DNA of 64,000 nt, from NCBI GenBank assembly GCA_002104905.1, contig MCFE01000354.1, forward strand, positions 24,091 through 88,090, given 5' to 3'. The DNA comes from Basidiobolus meristosporus CBS 931.73 (lineage: Eukaryota; Fungi; Basidiobolomycota). Below the pieces are notes generated by a model, which worked only from the letters and a program-made list of their open reading frames with translations, made no database searches and was not told where the DNA came from. The translations under genes and the position numbers were made by a program. Below are positions 26,515 to 38,597 of this stretch, piece by piece. Position 1 is the stretch's first letter. Every line of letters begins with the position of its first letter.

Positions 26515-27607
26515 TGCCATTCGCGCCTTAACAATGCTAATCCCCTACTACAGAACCTCCATCTCTCCCTATTACTGCCGCTTCCACATACTACTTGGCT
26601 GGATGGACATTATATATTAAGAATATCGGTTAAATTCGTCGAGAGATTTGTAATTTTTTGGATTTTGCTCCTTCTCTACCCTACACTACCTACCCCACAG
26701 CCACCATAAACCCGCCTGCACATCGTATGGCGTATAATCTCCACCTTTATTTTGATGGCCCCATCTTTAGATCTAAACTCAATTCAATAAAAGCCCATCT
26801 CGGTTTAGCGAATCATCGTTGGATGTGAATTCATGATGCATGGGGCTTTTAGCTTAATTGAAACCGATCATTGATATTAGATTTCATGAGATGCATGTGC
26901 GTGCCCGGGGTGGGATGGAGTTTGGTTGGCACTCCTTACTTTGCTAGCCTGATTGCTACCATAATGCACATAAACTTCCGGGAGTCAAATGATGGATCTG
27001 ATGGAGATATGGTTGTATTGAACAATTGTCTGGCTTGATGCAGCCCCTATGTACTTTCTAATAAATTACGTGGAAATGGGTGGAGACAGTTGGCCTGCTA
27101 AATGAGTATCTAATTGTGGCGATGCTCTAGATAGTCAAAGAAAGGAGCCGTTGGCTAGCTGATATGCTGTGATCCGGTTGGCTGGAGGGCATGGACATGA
27201 ATGCTCTTGGTCGTGTGCCATGTGCCGTATGCCGTGTATCATGCTACTGTTCAACCCTTTCAACTGACAATCAGGATATCTGGATCCTGGATCCTTGCTG
27301 ATATCCGTTACATCTTTCTAAAACTGCGATTGATCCTGATTCAAGTTAGCTCAAAAAGGGAACGCCACTATCGGATGCTAAGCCAATATTTACGTCAAGT
27401 AAACCTACCGTCTCTGAGGGCTGTTGTAGGTGAATCGAAACTGGCGCTACCATCTGGTGATTACTCTGGAGATGCGCCATGTGTGCTTCGTTTCCAATGG
27501 AGCTCTTCTCCTGTGTGTCTGGCACGCCCGCATTCTTGATGTCTAGTGGGCTGGCGGTGCACATCCGCTTCGCAGGAGGAGTCATGATTCCCTGGAACAC
27601 AACGCCG

Positions 27608-28705
27608 TTAGTCAATGGCCACCGTAGATGCGCCAGGCCAACCTACATCCGACATGGTGTCTGAGAATTGCGGCGACGGTTGGTGCTCCTGCTCCGGATG
27701 TTGCGCTTGTTGGGAATGGACCAAATGGCGCTGTGTCGGATGTGACTCAGACAGTCTCTATCCATAAAAGTGTAAGCGGCAATCCCATGAAGATCAAACC
27801 AATGAGCGCCTGCTACCTTTTTAAATCTGGCCTTGGTGTTCTTCACCTTGACGCTCACGATCTTCACCAGCTCGTCCTTCAGGTCGTTTTTCTGGACATG
27901 TGGGAAATTCACCTCCACGAAGTGATCCCATGCTGGTGAGTCGTAGATCTCGAACTTCTTCATCGTCGTGATGGCTACAAATAGGGGTGGGTGATGGATG
28001 ATTAGTATATCCGGATTTCCTCCCGACATCGGTGACTTACTTACCTCCGACATTGTTGTTAACATTGGTGTATGAGACAGCATTTTTCTCGATGTAATTC
28101 ATGGCTTTGGACGCAAACTGACGAAGGAGGACCTTGACTTTGGCGCTCTCCTCTGACGGCAATTGAGAAACTAGCGCAAATACGAGTTCGGTTAGGTGCT
28201 GTCTAGCTGGGAGGTAGTTGACAGGTTGTACGTACCAGGGGTTAAGCTTGTGTGGGTGGTAAGCATTGGTCCACTGACCGGGGTCCGAAGTAGCCGCGTC
28301 TGCGCAGGAGTTAGGTGAGTGGGGGGAGTAGGGGTTTGTGGGAGTGTAGTTCGGATACTAGTGGGCGTCCCGGTGGGGTTACTCGGGATTGGGGCTCGGG
28401 AGGCTTGCCCTCCAAGAAGCTCATTAAATTTCGACTCCAGGCCGGAGACACGGGCTTGGATGGCTTGGGCGGAACATATACCAAAAGCCTCGTTTATTTT
28501 TTCTTCCAGTGCGTCCAAACGCTCGATGAATGGACCTAACTTCGACAGCCACCTGAGACAGAATGGTCGTTTGGATATCATCCAGTTGCTGCCGAACCTG
28601 AGCGCCGACATCGTCCACCTCCCTTACGTCAAAGTAATGGTGGTTCGGGTTGGCCGCCATTGAGTCGTGGACAACATTTCCAGCAGACTGTTCAGGGTAA
28701 TTCAT
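27608..28705 (-). CDS. Unknown protein (coiled coil, Pro/Thr linker, small basic helical domain); possible pseudogene
   Basis: Hand-spliced: ATG 28705 MNYPEQSAG; GT-AG introns ~28169-28232, ~27971-28040 and ~27759-27815 with branch-like ctaac/ctaat; TAA at 27608-27610. Needs two +1 frameshifts (~28541, ~28133). Confidence 0.5.
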
Positions 28706-29257
28706 GGTGAGTCTGGTTGGAATTTTCTCGAATATATCTTCCTGACAGCAACCGGCTGCTTCAAGAAGCAAATTTGACCAGTCAGAAATTCCGAAACCAA
28801 TCTGATTTTCCTGAATGCCATCTCTTTTTTCGTCGTTTTTTTTCGGAACACATGCAAATGGTACTGGGAATCGTGGAATCGAATGATCACATGGGCGATT
28901 GGGACCAGCCCATCGACTGTGTCGTTCCACGTTTCCATTTGACTTGAACTTGTTCCCTGCTAATGTTCCGAAATTCCATGCTTTCTGTGTTGAGTCCCGG
29001 TTATTTCCTTATTAGTTGGACCATCAGTTCGCAAATACAACATGTGCTTCAGTTTATTGAGATGGTATGTTGGTATAGTTGAGACATATGCATATATCAT
29101 GATGTATGTATTAAATAAGGTATCCAAGGATGTGGCTGAGAGCTGCCACCATAAATACGCTTAGTGCTCTCTGCTCGCAAACATTCAGTGGAAGTCGTCA
29201 CTATGAAGATTTCAAATTATTAATAGGCAGAACATTAGGTGAGGACACGAAAGATAC

Positions 29258-30526
29258 TTACATGATACACTCGTAATTCTTCTCTTGAGTAATGTTGCCA
29301 CGGATCCAATAATCGGACTCCAGTGGGAATATCCCACTGTATTCCATAAAGACCTGGGCGAATTTCCAGCGGAGTAGTTCGTTCCAGAGGAAGTACGATG
29401 TGTAGTCGTAGGTGACCAAGACTCGGGGGTTCATGAATATCTTCTTGTACCCGTAGTCTTGTAGGTCGCTGGGCAGCAGGAAGCATTCCGAGGAGTAGCA
29501 TTCTCCTTCTTTGCTGGAGCGGAACTTCAAGCTCTGGTGTGCATAGAACGGCTTGGTGTCGAGGGCGACCACGCCGTTCCAACAGGAGTACACGGGGAAG
29601 TCTTGGCGATCGCGGAGGAGTTGCTGGGTTGGGAGATCCTGGATGAAGGGATAATACATGCTAACTAGGCGACCATTACGGTCACGAGCTACCCAACGAT
29701 CATACAGTCCAGAGTAGTCGAAATCAATGGAGCACGCCATATCGTAGTTCCCTCTGTAGTTCGCAGAACATTAGTGAGTGCCATATCTGGGCGGATGAGG
29801 CTGGTCTACTTACTGATTGGTATCCAGGAGATGGAGGATCTGCTCAGACGTGAACACGATATCGTTGAAAAACAGAATCCGGTCGTATCGTTCGCTCTGG
29901 TTGGTTGCCGAGTATGTTTCATAGAAAGGCTCCAAGGCCTGGTTTCGTATCTCAGCCATGAAGGGAATCCGGTTAATGATACGATTGCTCGTGTCTGCAT
30001 CGTCAGACATACGGATTCTGTGCCGAATCCCTTGTTGGTCGAGCAGTTTGTCGAACTTTCTCAAGAACTGCTTAGTTCCGTCTTTGCTATTACTCTCCAC
30101 GATCGATATATACACTGAAGCAGGCCCAAGAGTGCTTACAAGCCGGAGGAGCTCTCTAGACCACTGTGGTAGGATGGCCTCGTTATTGTAGAGGTTGGCG
30201 GCGATGAAGTATTTTTCGCTCGAATCAATATCAGGGGCAGATAGGGCGGGAGCGGTCAGGTCTTGTACACAGAAAATAAATAGCACGAGACCAAAGCATA
30301 CAATAGCCAGCTGAAAGTATGGTTTGCTCAAGAGAGAAGGATCTCCAGACCGTTGGGAATATAAATATACAAGAATTAGGAAGACGGTCTGGATTAAGAT
30401 GTACTTGACAAGGTGATAAAATATGAGGTATGACGAGAAGGAGCACCATCCGAGGACGATGAAATTAAAAAGGAACAGCGATACAACTGCAGCCACAGCC
30501 ACAGACCTCTTTGGTGTTAACTTCAT
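29258..30526 (-). CDS. CAP59/CMT1-family (CAP59_mtransfer) alpha-mannosyltransferase, copy 1
   Basis: FIAANLYNNEAIL, ISIVESNSKDGT, RIPFMAEIRNQALEP, RILFFNDIVF, ACSIDF, YDRWVARD, FPVYSCWNGVVAL, SECFL, IFMNPRV. Intron 29754-29813 joins the two ORF-track ORFs (NQ|GNYDMAC). N-terminal TM segment. Confidence 0.9.
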
Positions 30527-30819
30527 GGTTGATTCTTGTAGCTGCTCAGGATGCTTCTTGGCTGCACTTGAAAAAATACCACTATCCCTTTATAGTACTG
30601 CCCCTGTAACTACTAACTATTAGAGAAGTTATCTCAACTATGGGGTTAAACAAACCTATTTAACTAGAATTGTCCAAAATAATCAATTGAAGCCCATCGG
30701 TTGACCAATTAGTGCCGCGATTACTCAATCCAAGTAGAAATGATTGTTTTTGTTGACTAATTAGAATTGGTGAGACTTATTAAGGGTAACTCCAAGTACC
30801 ATGACTATTTGTCCTTTAT

Positions 30820-31185
30820 ATGTCCAGCATATACCTAGACGATACTAGAGCAAGAACAGAGAAAAATCTAGAGTGCCTCTGCGAATACAAAAGTTCTATG
30901 CTAACAAGTCGGTTTTATCTTTAGTTATTGTGTCGCACGAGATGTATTTACTTCTGTGTTTTGGCATATGCATTAGATCTTTGTCGAGAGAGGTTGTTTG
31001 CCTTGACCGACCTAGCAGGTACAATCTTCAGCCATTTTATTGCCTCCAGGTCGAGGAGTTCAGCAAACGATGGAAAGGCAGCAAGAAGGAGTGCGAATTC
31101 AAGGCTAGCGTTATTGCTCGCACACCAAGCAACAAAACAAGAGGAAGAGTTGTCGGTGGTTGACGACCTCCTGGGGACAACCAAG
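30820..31185 (+). pseudogene. Truncated duplicate of the 5' end of the PWWP-like gene
   Basis: Matches 32888-33430 but lacks ~190 bp containing the VWVKHRGKWWPGR exon and stops at the duplication junction (~31185). Confidence 0.75.
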
Positions 31186-31323
31186 GCATATGCATATATT
31201 ATGATGTATGTATGAATAGGGTAATTATGGTCGTGACTACCATATACATGCTCAGCGCATTCTGCTCATAAACACTGAATGCTTTATACTATGCGGAATA
31301 CCAGATGAGGACACGAAGGGTGC

Positions 31324-32592
31324 TTACATGATACATTCGTAATTCCTCTCTTGAGTAATGTTGCCACGGATCCAATTATCAGACTCCAGTGGGAATATCC
31401 CACTGTATTCCATAAAGACCTGGGCGAATTTCCAGCGGAGTAGTTCGTTCCAGAGGAAGTACGATGTGTAGTCGTAGGTGACCAAGACTCGGGGGTTCAT
31501 GAATATCTTCTTGTACCCGTAGTCTTGTAGGTCGCTGGGCAGCAGGAAGCATTCCGAGGAGTAGCATTCTCCTTCTTTGCTGGAGCGGAACTTCAAGCTC
31601 TGGTGTGCATAGAACGGCTTGGTGTCGAGGGCGACCACGCCGTTCCAACAGGAGTACACGGGGAAGTCTTGGCGATCGCGGAGGAGTTGCTGGGTTGGGA
31701 GATCCTGGATGAAGGGATAATACATGCTAACTAGGCGACCATTACGGTCGCGAGCTACCCAACGATCATACAGTCCAGAGTGGTCGAAATCAATGGAGCA
31801 CGCCATATCGTAGTTCCCTCTGTAGTTCGCAGAACATTAGTGAGTGCCATATCTGGGCGGATGAGGCTGGTCTACTTACTGGTTGGTATCCAGGAGATGG
31901 AGGATCTGCTCAGACGTGAACACGATATCGTTGAAAAAGAGAATCCGGTCGTATCGTTCGCTCTGGTTGGTTGCCGAGTATGTTTCATAGAAAGGCTCCA
32001 AGGCCTGGTTTCGTATCTCAGCCATGAAGGGAATCCGGTTAATGATACGATTGCTCGTGTCTGCATCGTCAGACATACGGATTCTGTGCCGAATCCCTTG
32101 TTGGTCAAGCAGTTTGTCGAACTTTCTCAAGAACTGCTTAGTTCCGTCTTTGCTATTACTCTCCACGATCGATATATACACTGAAGCAGGCCCAAGAGTG
32201 CTTACAAGCCGGAGGAGCTCTCTAGACCACTGTGGTAGGATGGCCTCGTTATTGTAGAGGTTGGCGGCGATGAAGTATTTTTCGCTCGAATCAATATCAG
32301 GGGCAGATAGGGCGGGAGCGGTCAGGTCTTGTACACAGAAAATAAACAGCACGAGACCAAAGCATACAATAGCCAGCTGAAAGTATGGTTTGCTCAAGAG
32401 AGAAGGATCTCCAGACCGTTGGGAATATAAATATACAAGAATTAGGAAGACGGTCTGGATTAAGATGTACTTGACAAGGTGATAGAATATGAGGTATGAA
32501 GAGAAGGAGCACCATCCGAGGACGATGAAATTAAAAAGGAACAGCGATACAACTGCAGCCACAGCCACAGACCTCTTTGGTGTTAACTTCAT
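31324..32592 (-). CDS. CAP59/CMT1-family mannosyltransferase, copy 2
   Basis: Same motifs and intron (31820-31879) as copy 1; only a few amino-acid differences (e.g. DYS/DHS, SDY/SDN, QEK/QER). Confidence 0.9.
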
Positions 32593-32887
32593 GGTTGATT
32601 CTTGTAGCTGCTCAGGATGCTTCTTGACCGCGCTTAAAATACCACTATCCCTTTATAGTACTACCCATGTAACCTAATTCTAATAAGTAAAGACTTATCA
32701 ACTGTGGGGTTAAACAAACCTATTTAGCTAAAATGGTCCAAAATGATCAATCGAAGTCTGTCAGTTGACCAATTAGTGTCGCGATTACTCAATCTAGGTA
32801 AAGCAGTTTGTTTTTGTTGACTAATTAGAATTGGTGTGGCTTATTAAGGGTAACTCCAAGTACCACGACTATCTATTTGTCCTTCAT

Positions 32888-35054
32888 ATGTCAAGCATAC
32901 ACATAGGCGATACTACAGCAAGAGCAGATTCAAAGATTACGCCCTCTAGAGGTGCCTCAAAATACCTTCCTTTGTCTCTCTCAACACTCCCCGAGATAGT
33001 GTGGGTTAAACACCGAGGGAAGTGGTGGCCTGGACGGGTAGCTTCTTTTTTGTGAGTTATAGTAAGAGATATAGAGTTGTTTTAACTGCTTGAACAATTA
33101 GGTACTAGGGGATAAAGCTAGATTGCCTCTGCGAATACAAAAGTTCTATGCTAACAAGTCGGTTTTATCTTTAGTTATTGTGTCGCACGAGACGTATTGA
33201 CTCCTGTGTTTTGGCATATGCATTAGATCTTTGTCGAGAGAGGTTGTTTGCCTTGACCGACCTAGCAGGTACAATCTTCAGCCATTTTATTGCCTCCAGG
33301 TCGAGGAGTTCGGCAAACAATGGAAAGGCAGCAAGAAGGAGTGCGAATTCAAGGCTGCGTTATTGCTCGCACACCAAGCAACAAAACAAGAGGAAGAGTT
33401 ACCGGCGGTTGACGACCTCCTTGGGACAAAGAAATCACATACTATTCAGCAACGCCAATACCTTGTTAAGCCAGGCTATGGCCCTTCACTACAAAATGCT
33501 GAAGATTTGCCATCTGTTGAAGATGTTATCAAGCTAATGATGCATAGTGTTAAAAGTAAAAGTCAACCTAGCAGTGCCAGTAGCTTTGTAAGATCTAGGC
33601 GCATTGATACAGATACTGCGGATACGCCTTTACAGAGGAATAATGGAGCAGCAAGCTCAATTGACTCACAACACAAGGATCCTGAAGACAGGAGGACCCA
33701 TTCTTCAGGGTGTGGGCATGGCGATCCATCGAACATAAGTTCTCGAAATACTTTGTGGAGCAGTAGAAGAGCAGCACCACCTCCGCTACGGCATAGTGAC
33801 TGCACCTCTATTACCGAAGACCATGAGACCCTCGTGCCTGATGAGTTATCCTTGGCACCTTCTCGAAATACACTTCTCAATCAGAAGCAAAGAATGTCAG
33901 TCTCGTCGACGAGTGATTCAGAAACACCCCATGTTCGTAGAGCAGTTATCAAGCCTAGAGTTATTAGAGATAGAGAACAACTCGATGAGATAGCACTAGC
34001 AGCAAATGTCTCAGTAAATGCATACAATAAACAAGAGCGTAAATGGCCCCTCAAGCATACTTCGCACAACGCCCTAATTGACTTGCATTGTGTAGAAGGG
34101 AGAAGATGTAGAGCTATTTCATCCAAGAGCCTTTCGTCAGCCAGGTAATTCCTGTATCTCGGACAACATCAACACCACATTAATGTTCAGTTAGTCCTGA
34201 GTTGGATATGGATCTGGATGCAAGGTAGATCCAGTTCGTTGTTATGGACATTGCATCAGCCTAGCTAACCACCCCAGCCTTACGATCCCCGGAGAACTCT
34301 GCCTAGTGCCCATGAAGTCCGCCTATTTTCCCGGGAAAATCATTTCGTACAGAAGGCCAAACGAATACACGATTCAGGCCTACGATGGACGACAGCATAG
34401 ATTTGCTCGAAATGAGTTTTTTACCATTTACGAAGCGGAGTTTCAAACATGTCCAGTAATGCAGCAGGCTAGTCTAGTATATTTAGCATGTAATTTGTTC
34501 TAATGTTGAAGTATTTTTAGCTTGGCGATTTTCCACTGGAGAGGGAGGATCCTGACTACGAAAACTCTCATTTACGGCGACAGATCAATTCCTACGAAAC
34601 CGATTTGACCAGGATTCTATGCGGCGCAGACGAGAATTGCTGGCGGTATCAGAAATTCTTTCGAAGCCTTCGAGAACGTCGAATATTGGCCCACTACATC
34701 AGCCGGGGCCCTTTCGGGGTCAACGAGTTTCATTTTATCTCGCGAGTGCTGAGGCAAATGTTCATCGAGCGATACAACTCTCAAGAGCGTGTCAGGTGTT
34801 CGCACAATTCGACCGACCTTTTAAACCCAAAGGTGCTACAGCTATTCTGTGATGATGTTTTACTTCCCGAGGTGATAATACGGCTCATCATGGCTCGCGA
34901 AAAGATCGGCTATGGTGAGGCGGAACAAGAAATGTTACATGGCTACATGGACTCCAGATGGGTGGACCAGGTGATGGCCGCACGCAATTCATTCATTGAC
35001 GGTCGTATTTCATTAGCTGAAAAGCACAGCACCCGTATGAATGCAGAAATGTAA
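32888..35054 (+). CDS. PWWP-like domain protein with second Tudor/PWWP-like module (putative chromatin reader)
   Basis: Exon 1 MSSIHIG..EIVWVKHRGKWWPGR; later exon LVPMKSAYFPGKIISYRRPNEYTIQAYDG; Ser-rich linker; several GT-AG introns; stop at 35054. Confidence 0.6.
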
Positions 35055-35845
35055 TGGTCAATCGGTCCATCCCCACTATGCTATGTCTAGGTTGTCGACG
35101 ATCTATCACCTGACCTCGATCACCTTCTTGTCTATTAAACTGTGGTTATATCGGATAAATAACTGGCGCATATCTGGCGCATATCTGGCGCTTTACCAAC
35201 TACTTTCTAGAATCCAGTTTGCCTAGACTTATGCCATATAAGCATAGCTATTTCCAGAAAGATTAATTTATGATGGGATTGAAGCGCATGAATTCCAGCA
35301 CACACAAAATGTTCCCTGCGTTGCATGGCCTAACATGGCATCAACACTAAAAATGGGCGATTGGAAGTAGAGGTGCAAACGCTAGGGAACAACTATACCA
35401 GTAGGAGGAGGGTCAGCAAGGGAACAATTATACTGGTAATAGCAGGAACAGCAGGAACAGCAGAGGAACTATATTTATACTCATTGGTGAAAAACTAGCC
35501 ACGAAAACCAAGGTGGTGAAAGTGTGAATCGGCTGATTTGAACATGATCCGTGTTCATCCCATGATGATACCCTAGAATGAAGGGGGTGCTTAGTAGGCC
35601 AGTGTTTTTTTCTCTGTCAGCCAGGGACTGAGACTGATTGATTATGCGGAATTATATCACACTTTCATAATCTCAATATTCATCACCAAATTTATCGTTC
35701 GTTTCTTCTCTTTCGTTGGCCCTAACTCTTTTCAGCAAACTTGTAACTATTGAACCCAGTCTTTCTCAAATACTGTACTTCCGCTGCCCCCAAACTACTA
35801 TACTATAAATTGCTCTTTCTGAAATATCTCCCTTTCTCTTAGCTC

Positions 35846-37621
35846 ATGGATTTCAGAGTCGCTAACAAGTTTAGGCTAGGAAGGAAGATTGGCTCTGGGT
35901 CGTTTGGTGAAATCTACCTAGGTAATGGCAAGCTTCAGGCTGCTTTCTCTCCCTTTTACACAGTCGAATACCATCTTTGTGCCTCTTTTTCTTTTGATAT
36001 TCATCATCCTGAAGAGTACTCTTGGACATCTCAACTGTAGCCCCGTACTTATGTTCCTCCTTTTTATACGACAGCTACGAACATCGTCAGCGGTGAAGAG
36101 GTGGCCGTGAAATTAGAATCGGTAAAAGCTCGTCACCCCCAACTTGAATATGAAGCCAAAGTGTATAAAGCCCTGGCTGGAGGTGTTGGAATACCGTTCA
36201 TTCGCTACTTTGGCACTGAGATGGACTACAACTGCATGGTGATGGATCTTCTTGGCCCCTCACTAGAAGATCTCTTCAATTTCTGTTCCCGGAAATTTTC
36301 CCTCAAAACCGTGCTACTCCTGGCCGACCAAATGGTACACAGAACTTACAGTAGCTATCTGATGTCTCTGCCGCCACTTAACAGCCCAATTCTCTTCTGC
36401 TATAGATCGCTCGTATTGAGTATATGCACTCCAAAAGCTTTCTTCACAGGGATATAAAGCCCGACAATTTTCTCATTGGTATCGGAAAGTGGACTAATCA
36501 CGTACACATCATCGATTTTGGATTAGCAAAGAGATACAGAGATCCACGCACTTTTGTTCACATACCTTACAGAGAGAACAAGAATCTGACTGGAACTGCT
36601 CGCTATGCAAGTATCAATACACATCTTGGTGTAGGTCAGTGACTCGTCTTGAGCTTCAGAATCCCTGGTTAGTGTTTAACACTGTTGTTCCGTAGAGCAA
36701 TCAAGAAGAGATGATCTGGAGTCTTTGGGATACGTTCTTATGTACTTCTGTCGAGGATCACTGCCTTGGCAAGGTCTGAAAGCCAACACCAAGAAACAAA
36801 AGTACGATCGCATTATGGAAAAGAAGATGACCACCCCGATTGAAACCCTCTGCCGTGGATTCCCCAATGAATTTGTAACATATCTCAAGTACACACGAAA
36901 CCTTCGGTTCGATGATAAACCCGACTACAACTTCCTACGTAAACTCTTCTATGATCTTCTTGTTCGCGAAGGATATCATTATGACTACGTCTTTGATTGG
37001 ACGATTTTGGAGAAGGTACCCAGCAATGACAGTACTCCCTGACAACGAAGCAATAACATTCTCCCGACTTTGATTACAGGAAAAGAACACTGCTAAAGCT
37101 GATACAAAACCGTACGTTACACCTGTTCAAGCGCCGTCTCACAATCTTCCTATCCCAAGAGAGGACTATGGGTTAGCTCCTAAAGAGGTACTTTTGTCAT
37201 GTCATCTGGAATCACTTTCCTTTGGTTAATATTTGCGATTCCCCACTAGCGCGAGACTCCTCTATCATCGTCACGGCTATCTCAAGCTCCCACTAACGAT
37301 GGCGCTCTGCATCGCAACTCCCGCTCACCAGTCTATTCACCAAATCCGTCATACAACCCATGCCCAACATCTACTGTTCTTCCGCCCATCGATGCTTTAG
37401 CTGGAGGCTTAGGCCCTAATTCAAGACTTCATCCCATGAACAATTCTTCCCGCCAGAAGATGCCGCACGTTCAGGATATCTTACCGGATGATCGGTATCG
37501 TATGGGTCTGCCTGCTGCCCAGCAAAGCTTAAGGGGGAATTCCGTTCCCATTGCACCTCCCAGATTTCGCACACCCGGTGAGGGCTACACCGACCCAAAC
37601 ATGTACGGTTATCGAAGCTGA
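35846..37621 (+). CDS. HRR25: Casein kinase I (delta/epsilon, Hrr25/Hhp-like)
   Basis: [90 protein letters not shown]. About six introns; Pro-rich tail ends MYGYRS*. Confidence 0.95.
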
Positions 37622-38228
37622 ACATAATGCAAAGAAACATTTCGAAGCGACCTTGAACGAGGCTCTCTAATATGCAAATAGTGATTATTAAACTCAGAAA
37701 TTGCTGTCACCAATGTTAAACGTCGATGCTGCGTCACTCCATTCCTCGGTAAACCCATCTCTTCGTTGAACATCAGCACGATCTTATTTGATAGTCAACA
37801 CATCACCACCACCTAACCAGTTTTTTGTTTTTGTCTGTTTTTTCTACAACTAATGGAATGGGCGTTTGCAAATGGCCACCTACACCTTACGCCTGCTCCA
37901 CGTATTTGCCCGTTAACTGTCCATTGGGAGCTGTATTGGTCCACGGCGTGCGCCCATCTAGTCACAAGCAGAAACAACACCCAACTGTACTTCACTATAT
38001 AGTCTAGGTAGCTTCTTTCCACATGTATTCCTTCTTATTCCGTCTATTCTCTTTACCCCTTTTGATACGTGCGCTTGCCCAAATCACTCATACAGCCAAG
38101 ATGTAATTCCCTACCTTACCATTTCTCTGATTGAAATGTTCGAATTACTAGTAAATATATTTGATAGTTGAAACGACTGCTACCATGCATCTACTCACCA
38201 GGTGGCAATGTCCATTTTGGAACCCGCT

Positions 38229-38471
38229 TTATTTAAACAATCTCCTGAGCAGATCTGGGTCGAGGTGATTGTAAGCCTGGATCAACCTCAAGTCTTCCCA
38301 ACCCTCCGTAGTCAATCGACTCAACAACGCTTCGTCAGTTTCCTTTTTGTATATCTCGAATAAATCTCTTAAATTGTACTGAAGCTTTCTGCGAAGTGGA
38401 TGAATCGGGAATCTACGGATCTCCCGAAATGCTGCTCTGTAAAGATGGATGGATGCTCTGCGGCTGGACAT
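38229..38471 (-). CDS. LYR-motif (Complex1_LYR) small mitochondrial protein
   Basis: 80 aa: MSSRRASIHLYRAAFREIRRFP..LRRKLQYNLRDLFEIYKKETD, with an LYR tripeptide near the N-terminus and a downstream F. Confidence 0.8.
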   Translation of the reverse strand: MSSRRASIHLYRAAFREIRRFPIHPLRRKLQYNLRDLFEIYKKETDEALLSRLTTEGWEDLRLIQAYNHLDPDLLRRLFK

Positions 38472-38597
38472 AAGCTTGAATGAAGTGTTGGGCGAGGCGG
38501 AGTGTCAATGATGGGCCTATAGCTGACGATTCCAAGTCAGGTGACGCGAAGATCATGATGTTTAACAAAGGGATTTTAATCAAGAAGTATGCAGATT

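Larger units (their letters stand above)
29086..33430. repeat. Tandem segmental duplication, unit ~2.1 kb (copy 1 ~29086-31185; copy 2 ~31186-33430)
   Basis: Near-identical sequence at offset 2066 (ORFs 29258/31324 and 29810/31876). Both units start with gcatatgcatatat.atgatgtatgtat, and similarity ends after gttgacgacctcct.gggacaa. Confidence 0.95.
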
